Positions 13,701 through 23,729 of a stretch of 56,404 bases of DNA are shown here, in pieces. Position numbers and translations under genes: made by a program. Under the pieces are notes generated by a model. The model did no database searches. It was given only the letters and a program-made list of their open reading frames with translations, and had not been told where the DNA came from. Position 1 is the stretch's first letter, and the number at the start of each line of letters is the position of its first letter. Location: the NCBI GenBank assembly GCA_032718475.1, contig JAUCBJ010006963.1, positions 1 to 56,404 of the forward strand, written 5' to 3'. The stretch is from Nemertoderma westbladi. Taxonomy: Eukaryota > Animalia > Xenacoelomorpha.

Positions 13701-15854
13701 GCTAGCAGTATATATGCGTGTAGGCTCCACACCTTGCGCATGCGATACTTCAGACCTAACAGGTTGACACATTGTTACAGAGGGTGGTGGTATACCCTTT
13801 TGGGTATTTACTAATTTATCGCGTTCGAGCGCGATACTTTGCTGCACTTCTTGCAACTCTAGCCTACTTTCCCTTACTGTGCCCTTGAATTGCTGGACAG
13901 TCTCCTGCATCTGCCCGAGCAGGATATCCATCCCCCGCCGTCTCTCGTCCACCCATTCGACCGCCGAAGCGGGAGTCGCCAACGTTGTAGCGAGCGGACG
14001 AGGGACAACGGGCGACAAATCAGGAATATTTCGCTCGGGGTCCAGGACCTGAACTGTCTCCTGGGCAGTTCTACGGGGCACAGGTAGCTTAGTGCTATGC
14101 AGAGGGAATTTAGAGGTAACTTCAGGGAGCACAGGTGTGTCTATCACCGAAGGGGTGATTTCAAGAACAGGCCTAATTATTTCAGGCTCATCTACTATAG
14201 TAGGGAGTCTTTCTATTTTAATTATTTGGTCTGTGGGCTCTGTACTACCTAAGTTGGTGTTATTTAGTTGCCTTCGAACAGCTGGAGGCAAATCAGGCAA
14301 TTTCTGACGGTGGAATGTTCTTTTACGTCTACTTAGACGAGATCTATTTCCCTTGCCTTCAGTATCGGTGGTATCGCCTTCCTCAGATGATGTATATCCC
14401 TGTCTTTTGGGAGTAGATCGATTCATCATCTGCATATTACTAGCTGTTAACTGTTTATTTATGCAGTCTTGATTCTCCTGAATGTTTTCCAATTCTAATT
14501 GGGTGGTTTCTTCAGTCGCTCTCCGTTCGGCTTCTGCCACTGCCTCCCGCTTGCGTCCTTCCGCTTCGGCCGCTGCCTTTGCTGCTGCTACTGCCGCTTT
14601 TGCCTCTGCTGCTGCCACTGCCGCTGCCGCTTTTGTTTCTGCTTCTGCAGCTGCCACTGCTGCTGCTACTGCCGCTGCTTTTCTGTCTTCTATACGTTTT
14701 TTCTTTACTTGTTCTTCCTGGACTCGTGTGATGCGGAGTTGTTCATCAAATTTAGCCTGATTCGCAGCCCTCATTTCCACATCGATGGCATCCAACACAA
14801 GCTTGGTTCCTTCACTATTAGGGCTAAGTCCCTCTAACCTTCTCCTCAACTCGTCATCACCTAAAAAACGTTGATAGTCTGACAGATAGATGTCAATGGC
14901 ATCCCTCTTATGCGGTTTCTCTGCCGTCGCTTCACTTTCCACTTGGGAAAAAGTAGCGTCTGTTGATTCTCCATGGGTTGATCGCTCCTCCAGCTGAGCT
15001 TTCCACTGAGCTGTTCCTTGAACCTGGAGATTCACCCTTTGAAACCAAGTCTTTACGGCGACTTGCAACGACGTGTCTTGTCTTCGTTTAGAAGCCTCCT
15101 CAAAGGCCGATAATATTAGCCTGATTCGTAGAATTCTTTCTCTCACTTGATAAAGCAGTTGTCCCTGCTCTTGAGGTCCTTGTGGTTGTTGAAACAGTTG
15201 TTCTTTTAATCGCTCTATAGAGCTGAAGAATCCCTGTGTGTATCCGGCTGCGGACCTCTTCCACACAGCTGGATCGATGGTTTCCTTGGCTACTCCCATC
15301 CGGTGTATGTCTTCCCAGGCAGCTTCTGATAAATCAAACGGGAGTCCGGGTCCGGGGAAGTTCCATTGCGACTCGACAATAGACTTCAGTTCTTCACTCG
15401 TGTATCCCGCATAACTATCTCTAGTTGACCGTTGACTTCTCGCCCAATCGATCTGGTGTTCTTCCACCGCGATCAATAACCTAGTGAGTACGGCTGCAGG
15501 AAGGATGAGAAGGGGATCCGTATAAACCACATCCGTCATCTCTGCTCCGCGCTCGGGTGTCAGCTCTACAGTATCCTCACTACTGGAGCTGCTGGGCCGC
15601 TGAGGAATAAGTTCTTGACTAGCGGGTTGTTGCTGTTCCGCTGCTTCTTGGTCCCGCTTGACCTGAGCTCGGGTGCCTATGATAGACCTACGATGTTGGA
15701 CTAGCCTAGGTTCTGTTATTACTACTGGAGGGATGATCTTCCTCACAGTGGGAGGTGAACTGAACTTACGACCAGACGGTTGTACGTCTCTATCTGAGTC
15801 GCAGATAGTTACATCTAATAAACTGTCTGATAGGTTCTGCTTAGTATCAGACAT
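7767..15854 (-). CDS. gag-pol: BEL/Pao Gag-Pol polyprotein, 2695 aa
   Basis: BEL-type Gag core (KFNGDEMKW...EKLRYL); three zinc knuckles (CALCDGIHHLNRC, CYNCLRQGHQRRTC, CAKCGAKHHILLH); protease ALLDSGS; RT (LPGPNL, DIEGMFLQV, YMDD); RNase H (VFGDAS, PRAEL, WTDA, NPADIASRG); integrase HHCC plus DDE (GVDLFGP, SDKGTNF, WERLIRSVK); C-terminal RWQTGRI domain. Confidence 0.97.
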   Translation of the reverse strand: MSDTKQNLSDSLLDVTICDSDRDVQPSGRKFSSPPTVRKIIPPVVITEPRLVQHRRSIIGTRAQVKRDQEAAEQQQPASQELIPQRPSSSSSEDTVELTPERGAEMTDVVYTDPLLILPAAVLTRLLIAVEEHQIDWARSQRSTRDSYAGYTSEELKSIVESQWNFPGPGLPFDLSEAAWEDIHRMGVAKETIDPAVWKRSAAGYTQGFFSSIERLKEQLFQQPQGPQEQGQLLYQVRERILRIRLILSAFEEASKRRQDTSLQVAVKTWFQRVNLQVQGTAQWKAQLEERSTHGESTDATFSQVESEATAEKPHKRDAIDIYLSDYQRFLGDDELRRRLEGLSPNSEGTKLVLDAIDVEMRAANQAKFDEQLRITRVQEEQVKKKRIEDRKAAAVAAAVAAAEAETKAAAAVAAAEAKAAVAAAKAAAEAEGRKREAVAEAERRATEETTQLELENIQENQDCINKQLTASNMQMMNRSTPKRQGYTSSEEGDTTDTEGKGNRSRLSRRKRTFHRQKLPDLPPAVRRQLNNTNLGSTEPTDQIIKIERLPTIVDEPEIIRPVLEITPSVIDTPVLPEVTSKFPLHSTKLPVPRRTAQETVQVLDPERNIPDLSPVVPRPLATTLATPASAVEWVDERRRGMDILLGQMQETVQQFKGTVRESRLELQEVQQSIALERDKLVNTQKGIPPPSVTMCQPVRSEVSHAQGVEPTRIYTASEVETPIVNPIKGNYRPVDNDIPYRPDHNPRNLYTDNSILNNTMAQESFTRQMARTEARQAVKVGEIVKFNGDEMKWLPFNEYYKDNIQNSVLSNGEKLRYLIECLEGSPKLMALKFIGHPDGLRQVWDTLNIRYGNRNNIAGYLYAKLVAPRKFISSGIIEFSDEIQEICRQLDWLGKSHEYQNTMVIRALASTLPKGGVGTRWDKKVLYMMEQQRRDPTMADLMSFLDGEVKLQLLKLSREKTPESKVSEKPVSRRKVTPVCYTDDGESQTSQGEDSGKDTERSYYVNKIPKDQVSKFKSRSNDRREQVRKTPPTSPKRIPVRKPEERASVHNVTQNKVSNIKPKCALCDGIHHLNRCDEFLKKSLTERREVMWDKRLCYNCLRQGHQRRTCFSDIRCAKCGAKHHILLHAEFDRNSPNQVSDSELHVQFSDVNDTDQSEMEGFYTDEFSDENESCYMINTAVYRALTYEKDTDNDFTLTTSERQPSWKEPSSNVGIREFPVVQVRVHGPKRSYVVNALLDSGSTGTFIDKELAEDIFAGQLKFQTKLNMSGIMQVWKSTITADYYVGALSTPQDELGEHSIRSVKMVAIKNFATTQADLYNWDEDESIQHLNIPRFQTDYPGVQILIGQNAHEALETLEKRPAQPQPLQTYAVRTRVGWYFTGPSRRTLRERLPQERVCQVSEWEDDASEGDDSTEGIPYSSDNDDVHQLFDEENTIDLLKENEAWQNQVNLCQLLYPSEREAYNDELNDVIERCNAKTRDEHAVRFFTQEAVEPNSYDKALSVEEERAKQIQETTTRFLKDQGRYEVGLPFRKREPKFINNRPLAEKRIAQLHRRLTANSSAKAMYQTQLEKFISKGYAERVPEETPVTERTYYLTHHYVPKPGKPHEVRVVFDGSALYMGQSLNSELLPGPNLLQSLLGILLRLRQYSIAFASDIEGMFLQVKVLDRDRDSLRFLWWPEGDLNQKQVEYWMTIQAFGIISTPSNACSVVRTTAEDNREAFSKEVIDNIKRDIYMDDNLKSLPSVEEAIEVAKGTVECLKRGGFRLTKFTSNSREFLESIPAEDRGAKDLDLSKDDLPETKTLGLKWDTERDILFFQLKQRDNPVRTKRICLSILSTYFDPLGFISPVILIARSLVQQMWLENHSWDDPLKGELLKKWMKWEDSLPAIENFIISRSYFGHVLPTYSYQLHVFGDASDMGIGIVAYLRLETPDGIKVALVTSKALINNKLKVPRAELKAALYATAIGRNVTEQIDYPLEKTVYWTDALLVLEYITNEVCQFSVFVTNRVAIILSRTTMDQWRHCPGTINPADIASRGATPKELVNTPEWLGGPDFLYREEEEWPPHLTTAEIRQAKGAEKVKPKTRASKSKLFKPAVDLSVLFTSGDDALDQKPTATTKEVLEIRDKDWKSGIPDITQGLSPLLQRAIRHYSSWNRLCKAVTYLKRCFHHRYSGTKTHSDDAPSTSARVHVVKDLPQYKVSDRFLKEKISYQEHDETNKQMLRLLQCYEDSDKYFLLLRNPQMRLRDRFSSTMIDGLIRVGGRLTNAPLSFDTKFPILIRNLDIQIKIIVDVHSKLYHAGRERVLSEIRTRYYFYKPRRALNQVLRNCIPCRKAFSRPLTQREAELPRERVSFYEPPFTNTGVDLFGPIEVYRARTIVKRWCVIFVCMTCRAIHLDMVNDLSTNSFVLSLRRQIARFGTSNTMRSDKGTNFIGANNEIQAYVKDWNKRQVDDQLRITASSWTFNAADAPWWGGSWERLIRSVKTAFHFIVPCRAYLTDELLRTLMEEIAAYLNERPLMPVSSNPDSLEALTPAHFLLKKPVAMLPRSEITDGDEYCRRTWQLMQLLSRRFADHFEKHYLPTLQLRTKWFAQQENVSAGDMVLIVDPDLPRKRWQTGRIIETYISSDGLVRSVELVVMRRNFKKPGIVFETQQLNRPVGRLCLLERDRELSGNYGRQETLPTTTSLIQPTSRDSPT

Positions 15855-15940
15855 GTCTATGTATACCGTTGAATGTCTACTGCTGTATTACAATCTGAGC
15901 AAGTCTAGTAACTCAGTATTAACTGATAGCCTAGTAATTA

Positions 15941-16360
15941 ATTACCGGTACTGCTACTCAGTGTAGCGTGATATATATAATATATTAGAATACCGGTATG
16001 CTTATAGTATATATAACTATTATTACAGACTAGGTTTATCACAGAATACCGGTATAATTTTAGCACAAATATATATAAATATATAATAGGCCTATCGGGA
16101 ATACCGGTATACAGATTACAGTTTTGTAGTATATAATTATAATTCTGGAATAGAATTAATTACAAGTACCGGTATAATTTCAGCCTAAATTTATAGAAAT
16201 AAAGATAATAGGCCTATCGTAAATACCGGTATGCAGTTTACACTTATAGTGTATATATATAAGTATAATTACAAACTGGAATTAATTACAGAATACCGGT
16301 ATGATTTCAACCTAAAATTTATAGAAATAAATATAATAAGCCTATTGTAAATACCGGTAT
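15941..16360. repeat. Array of eight palindromic TACCGGTA motifs spaced ~47-70 bp upstream of the gag start
   Basis: Motif counted directly; the outer copy (2233-2517) has six. Confidence 0.75.
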
Positions 16361-17344
16361 ATCAATTAGTTTAAATAACTGAATTTCTGAATTTTAAGGG
16401 TTACTAAGTTACTTTAACTTACTTTATTGCCGTTAGTTAAGCAGTAGTCCAACTGATATCGAGACCTAATGGTTGTATGGCAGGCCTACTATTTATAAAT
16501 CGTTAGATTTGATTTATAATATATATATACCCGTTTTAATGGGTTTTGTCAATGTTTGAAATAAATGTTATTATTTCTGGGGGGTAATCACTACACAAAG
16601 CGGTGCGCTTTCAATGAAGTGTTACTTATAAGACACTAAAACAAATAATTCTAATTTACCTAAGTTACTTAATACTACAAATTACGTACAATTCGGGTGA
16701 GATTACAATCTCTAAATAAACACAAAAATTTACAAAAAACACAAAATACGAATTTTTAGGGTAATTTTACAAGAAGTCTACTAACCAGCCTAACAAAGGG
16801 TTAGAAACTGGTTATTACAACGGACAGGGTACTACGGTATTTGAAATAATGAGTAGTAGTAAATACACTGCGTTGTCCAGATAGGAAAATACCACCGCCT
16901 GACGACCTATAGCCGTATCGCTATAGGTTCTACGTTATGTATAACGGAGTGTTCCTACCTAGAAGTTAATAGAGCTAATCGAACGTGCCTATTAACCACT
17001 TTACAACACAAATATAATGTCTACACTAATTACTTCGGAAAGTACTGTACACTAAACCCTAAATTAGGTACGAGTACTTGTACAACATATAATCTGTAGT
17101 TAAATATACTTGAGCAGCTAAAAGAACCACGGCATCTGCTGGAGTGACCGATGCACAAAATCACCAGTCTTTACCTACGCCAAGCAGCCCGTGTAGTACC
17201 GGGGTTAATTTAACTATAGCGGTATGTATAACAAACACAATTACTGTAGGAACAAACTTGGGGAATGAATGTTGCGAATAATCGCATAAACTCTGAATAA
17301 TAAATATTACGCTACGCGTACAAACTACTCAAACAAAATGCAGA

Positions 17345-17872
17345 CCGAACACTGACAGACTACCATCAAGCTTAAACAAACTACGGTATATGCAGACTCC
17401 GAAATAATTAGGTAGTATGCGTTCTAACCCAGTAGTACGACTTATTCTTTAATTGGGGGTTTACCTTACAGCATTCGCTGCCCCTACTTCCTAACCGTTC
17501 TTTATCGGACAAGTGATCTACACACGCTGCAATCCGCTCAGGCCTAATAACAGCCAGACAACTATCCAGCCTACAAATTATCTAAATAAATATTATACGC
17601 TACCCGTACAGACTTACACAAACAAAGTACAGACTAAACGATGGCAGACTACTCTCAAGCCTAAATAAACTACAGGACATGCAGACTCCGAAATGATTAG
17701 GGAGTATGCGTTCTAACCCAGTAGTACGACTTATTCTTTAGTTGGGGGTTTACCTTACAGCATTCGCTGCCCCTACTTCCTAACCGTACTTAATCGGACA
17801 GGTGATCTACACACACTGCAATCCGTTCGGACCTAACAGCAATCAGACAACAGCTCAGCCTACAAATCGTCT
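17345..17872. repeat. ~290-bp tandem duplication in the 5' leader
   Basis: CAGACTCCGAAAT...GTGATCTACACAC block at ~17392 and ~17682; same duplication at ~27050-27570. Confidence 0.85.
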
Positions 17873-18044
17873 GTACAATCTGATCAGGTTTACACGCCTT
17901 CTGTTCAATACTAGCCTACAAACAAATAAAACTGACAGAAATAAGTAAGCTCCAAAAGAAACAAGGGGTGTACAGTCCCTAATCTCTTAAACAGCCTACT
18001 GGTATACAACAATCAAATCGAATAATACTAATGTACTTATACTG

Positions 18045-18192
18045 GAAGTACCGGTTAGGACAGTTGGGCCTACGGACCTACAGAAGTACCGGTTCTGGCA
18101 GTTGGACCTACGGGCCTACAGCAGTACCGGTTCTGGCAGTTGGGCCTACTGACCTACAGATGTACCGTTCAGGTTTACCGGTTGACCGGTAC
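18045..18192. repeat. ~38-bp tandem repeats (GTACCGGTT...GCAGTTGGRCCTAC...CCTACAG) close to the PBS position
   Basis: Three full units plus a partial one; also at ~27748-27894. Confidence 0.8.
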
Positions 18193-18225
18193 TTTCAACT
18201 TTATTGCTTACTGCAATAAAGAAGC

Positions 18226-18237
18226 TATATCCTTTAA
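18226..18237 (-). other. Non-canonical primer-binding site TTAAAGGATATA, complementary to a motif in the element's own LTR
   Basis: Follows the 5' LTR directly on the sense strand, does not start with TGG, and is the reverse complement of the sense LTR sequence at 18989-19000. Confidence 0.7.
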
Positions 18238-19440
18238 TGTTCGCGCTTTCAGACCTTTGGCAGTTTAACCCGCCAAATTAGGATGTCTTCTAGATAATAA
18301 ATCACCTTTTAGTCTATGACAAGTATTTGATTCACTACACTAGTCGAAACCAATCTGTGCGCGATCATTCACCCGCTGGATATTCCCGGGAGATTGGGTT
18401 CGACGGTTTAATTTTATTGCTATGTAAGCCTAATGTATTATTCGACTGACAGTATTATATAATCTCTGACAATATTATTCACCTTCGGGAATATTAACAG
18501 TTCCTTTAGGACGTGGCGCTTTATCTATATAAACAGAGTTATGACTTAAACTACTCACAACGATATGGCTCAATTATAATTCACATATATGGCGCATTCT
18601 TTAGGAATTGCTTCTTTAACAGACTCACTCATACACAATGCTGCACAATACTGCACACTAATCTGCCAATCTTCACTGATTTTAGTCACATATAAAAGGA
18701 ACACAGACTGACTCATGTAGGGTCTATCAAATAACATTAGATTCACTTCAAACCACTTTAACATAAGTCTCAATCGTTATTGGTAACCTTTCTCTCTTAC
18801 CTTCGGTATATCAAGAATATTGGGTTTTCGTGGTTATTTCTCGTTATTCCAATATAATAATTCATCAACCCATATAATGAATAACCGACAACAAATAACA
18901 GTATACAGTATCGATTGAGCAGGTAATTTTAGCAGTTTCAGCAGTTATTAAAAGCCGTGTGTCAGCAGTCAGTGTATTCCCAGATCAGTTAAAGGATATA
19001 TGTCCTTATAATTAAACCTACTAGTGTAAGACTAAAAACTGAAAACACGGAGGTGCCAAAAGCCGGTTCTTAGGCTCTAGGCAAAAACATAACACTGAAC
19101 TACTGAGTTTCTGTATATACCTCCAACACAGAGACAACAAACGCTCGGATTGGTCAACCTGAACAACGAGAGAACAAAGAAACAAAGAAACGTCGACGTG
19201 GCAATATCAGCTGCTAGCCGTCGTCATGGTAGCGACACTGTTTTCAAAGTATCCAGCTATTGCGTCACGAGATTGTGGATTATGTCCTCTAAAGTACAAA
19301 TACAGTACAAATACATAAGAAATGACTTTTATGTCCTCTAAAACACCAGTACAGCAAGGACACGGCCTTTTTATGCCTGGCAAACCAACTACAGAGTACT
19401 TTAAGGGAAAATAACCGGCTAATTACGCAAAAGCTTTTAC
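18238..19440 (-). repeat. 5' LTR of the full-length element (one terminal base lost at the junction)
   Basis: Direct repeat of 3503-4706 with about two visible substitutions (18769, 18831). Confidence 0.95.
18989..19002 (-). other. Candidate self-primer CATATATCCTTTAA inside the LTR
   Basis: Complementary to the PBS position; present in all four full LTRs (4254, 18989, 20217, 28713). Confidence 0.6.
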
Positions 19441-19465
19441 TTTATCCTTATTTAATATCCTTTAA

Positions 19466-20669
19466 TGTTCGCGCTTTCAGACCTTTGGCAGTTTAACCCG
19501 CCAAATTAGGATGTCTTCTAGATAATAAATCACCTTTTAGTCTATGACAAGTATTTGATTCACTACACTAGTCGAAACCAATCTGTGCGCGATCATTCAC
19601 CCGCTGGATATTCCCGGGAGATTGGGTTCGACGGTTTAATTTTATTGCTATGTAAGCCTAATGTATTATTCGACTGACAGTATTATATAATCTCTGACAA
19701 TATTATTCACCTTCGGGAATATTAACAGTTCCTTTAGGACGTGGCGCTTTATCTATATAAACAGAGTTATGACTTAAACTACTCACAACGATATGGCTCA
19801 ATTATAATTCACATATATGGCGCATTCTTTAGGAATTGCTTCTTTAACAGACTCACTCATACACAATGCTGCACAATACTGCACACTAATCTGCCAATCT
19901 TCACTGATTTTAGTCACATATAAAAGGAACACAGACTGACTCATGTAGGGTCTATCAAATAACATTAGATTCACTTCAAACCACTTTAACATAAGTCACA
20001 ATCGTTATTGGTAACCTTTCTCTCTTACCTTCGGTATATCAAGAATATTGGGTTTTCGGGGTTATTTCTCGTTATTCCAATATAATAATTAATCAACCCA
20101 TATAATGAATAACCGACAACAAATAACAGTATACAGTATCGATTGAGCAGGTAATTTTAGCAGTTTCAGCAGTTATTAAAAGCCGTGTGTCAGCAGTCAG
20201 TGTATTCCCAGATCAGTTAAAGGATATATGTCCTTATAATTAAACCTACTAGTGTAAGACTAAAAACTGAAAACACGGAGGTGCCAAAAGCCGGTTCTTA
20301 GGCTCTGGGCAAAAACATAACACTGAACTACTGAGTTTCTGTATATACCTCCAACACAGAGACAACAAACGCTCGGATTGGTCAACCTGAACAACGAGAG
20401 AACAAAGAAACAAAGAAACGTCGACGTGGCAATATCAGCTGCTAGCCGTCGTCATGGTAGCGACACTGTTTTCAAAGTATCCAGCTATTGCATCACGAGA
20501 TTGTGGATTATGTCCTCTAAAGTACAAATACAGTACAAATACATAAGAAATGACTTTTATGTCCTCTAAAACACCAGTACAGCAAGGACACGGCCTTTTT
20601 ATGCCTGGCAAACCAACTACAGAGTACTTTAAGGGAAAATAACCGGCTAATTACGCAAAAGCTTTTACA
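19466..20669 (-). repeat. 3' LTR of the truncated copy (1204 bp)
   Basis: TGT...ACA termini, PPT adjacent at 20670. Confidence 0.95.
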
Positions 20670-23600
20670 CCGCTCCCAGAAAATGGGATTTAAGTCTATA
20701 AAATATAACAAATCACAGTTTCTAAAATATAAAGATACTCTAAACAGTTAGCCTTTCTTACGCAGACGGCGTTTATGCAGTTTTTTGAGGCTAGCAAGAG
20801 TCCTTTTCTCTTTGGGGGGAGCCACTTTACTAGGAGGGCCATAACTCCTGGGTGAAGGGTGCAATATGATTGCATTAAAAGGTTTGGGTTTACGGTCGGT
20901 GTCTCGTCCATTTCGATATGCTTCTCCTCGAGCTGATTTTCCTCCGCTTGTCATGGGATACGTTCGTCCAAAACTCTCGCAGAGAATAGGGTTTTCTAAG
21001 CTTGATATCTTCTTTGAGATTCGAGGTTTCCCAATCGAACTGAGATAAGGCCAATTCGTTTATCGATTGGACTTACTGTTATAACTTACGTTTATCTGAA
21101 CAAACGCAGGTTTCTTTTTTGATCTTTATAGAATAGCGTTTAACTCGTTTCGTACAACGCTCTCCTTCACCTTGATGAAGGGTTGTATCGCGTTAAACGG
21201 GACGACCATACGGTTGGATAGTGATATTAGGTGTCTGCGTCATAATCCAGCTAGGTAAGATGGGCGGCTAGCTAGAAATCACTGTCGGAGTGTTACCGAT
21301 TAATTGTTAGGGTAGCACTAGATCTTGAACAGTGAATACCGTCCGCGAGGATCCGCGACACCACCAGGATCGCAGGTCTGAGGTCCAACTAAGGAATGAG
21401 GAGGTTTGACCGAGTATTCCGGGACTCTGATCGTAGGTTTACTCCAGGATCGTTCGAGCCGAGTGAGCATAGGTGATACGTCAAACAAATTTCGCTCGAA
21501 CTCCAGTAAATATAACGAGCACAACTGTGTTTAACACAACGTTTCCGTGGATGTTTATGTCTTTCCGTTTATTGGCTGGGTCTAGGACATTTATCGTAAT
21601 AATACCAAAGACGCACGTCTGATAGGGGAAACGCGGGTGATATTTATTTGTTGTTACAATGCTTCTATCAAGAATTCCAAATATACGTTGGAGTTACCGC
21701 GTCCATTTGTTTCTTTAGTGTCTTTTCTTTCGAGTCGATTTCGAATAGAATTTTCGCATTCGAATTTCAGTTTATGGTTCCGACTCCGCTGGGCAGGATA
21801 TATAGTCGACATAGTCCGTATTGTGTAAATCGATAGTATGGCCAGTAGTTAAGAAGCCCATATACGTACCATTACGCTGCGTATATCGAGCAGCGAATTT
21901 TCTATAGTCCAACTCACGCGTGAGCTGCTCTTGGGACATTGGCGGTTCGATATAACGACCATCGTCCTCCGCAGCAGTTGGACTAACGTCGCCGCGTATT
22001 AAGCTATCAACAAACGCTTGTAAAAGTAGGGTATATCGCTCCCCGATACCAAGACCATCTTCTATCAACTCCGTCTAATCTGCTATATATGAGTTTATCC
22101 ATATTATAATGAGTCCACATTTAGGCGAGCGGGCGTCGCTGCCTACTCCAATTAACCCCCGGACAGTACGAGATCCTCAGCGCCGATGTGTCGTCGCCGC
22201 CGTACTTTCGCCAATGACGTAGCCGCACAACGACAACGACAACCGGCACAAGTCACTCGACTGTCCGTCCCAAAGGCTTAGATGTACTTCAGGTTTTCCT
22301 TGGAGAGTTAGGTTACTTTTACGATTGCGACTAGCTACTGTAAACACACTTTAGCAGTAACATTCACCTAACCTATAAACTCACAAATACCACACAACTG
22401 GTCACAACTACGCACATTCGGGCCATTTGTCCGTTAGTCAATGCCTTCCAGAATGTCACTGTATTATTATGTATCCTTGGATACTAGTAGTGCGCTATTT
22501 ATTCCCTATGCTATTCAATGGGACAAGCTTTCTATAGTTCTTTTAACTCAATTCTAATTCTAGCGTGGTTGTTGCTATGGTGACATTATGCAAAGCTAGC
22601 GGTAGAATTAGGGTGATTCCAATGCATACAGATCTGGGATGTTATTTAATAGTATTCTTTAATAGTCAATGTTCTGTTTTATACATGACTTTATGAATTT
22701 TATCGGCTATTGACTATGTTTGGGAGACTTTCGCACACTCATATGCATAATAAGATAAATCTCCGCTCCCTTGATCTATTAATTAATGGAATTTTGGGAA
22801 CTTTATAAATTGCGTAAAAATGGCAATTTATTAAATTCATTAAAAGACATGAATTTAAATTTATTCCCTGAAATTTTATTATTTGATAATTAAATGGACA
22901 TATTTTGATTCTAGAACATGTCTAGGGACACAAGATCCTTAATTCTATGACAATTGTCTTTTTTAAGAATATCGGTAAATGCTACGATATCTTAATTGAC
23001 TAGAATTGTTGAAGGATCTGAATTTTACAGATTTTGATTTATTAGATTTGCAAATATTAAATAATTAATATTTGAGATGGGCACCGATTTATTCCAGAAC
23101 TTGTCTGGGGACGTTAACCACTGATTCTATAATTTGTCTTTCAAGTATATCGGTGGGTGCCACGATATCTTAATCGACTAGAATTACAGATGGTCAAAGG
23201 GTTTAACAGATTTATTTTGCGTTATACGCTACTGTTAAAGGGACATCACGCTACTATATGTATTATTTAATATACGGTATGAGAGCAATATCGCACGAAG
23301 CAATGTCAGTGTGAAGAGGCAAGTCGTTTCCAAGGTCTACCCAGAGCTTGGTTTAGCCGAGACACGAGGATCTGAACTTTGCATTCCTAATACTCTGCCT
23401 ACCAATAATACTTAAATATAGTAGTGGCTTTATTGTACTTTAATAAGTACGGACATTTCATCTTACTGTAGTTACGTATTTATAATATAATACGGACAGT
23501 AAGGAAAGAGAAAAATAATTATTTCTTCGCCGTCTCACTAAATATAATATAAGTAATTACGTACGTAATAAACACGAATATATCGCACTATTCTACAAAA

Positions 23601-23729
23601 TAATCGCTAAATAATATTCTACTAAATTAAATAAAACGATTATAATAAAATTACATAGTAATACATACATAAATATAAAAATAATAAAATAATATAAATA
23701 ATAGAGTCACACGCCCACTCCGAACGATA

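Larger units (their letters stand above)
3503..19440 (-). mobile_element. Full-length BEL/Pao LTR retrotransposon (~15.9 kb)
   Basis: Two ~1.2-kb near-identical LTRs (TGT...ACA), a polypurine tract next to the 3' LTR, and one uninterrupted Gag-PR-RT-RH-IN ORF with BEL/Pao motifs. Confidence 0.97.

Noticed and set aside
18200-18237. Canonical tRNA primer-binding site
   Set aside because: No TGG-initiated sequence within the first ~35 nt after the LTR on the sense strand. Priming by an internal tRNA fragment cannot be excluded without a search.
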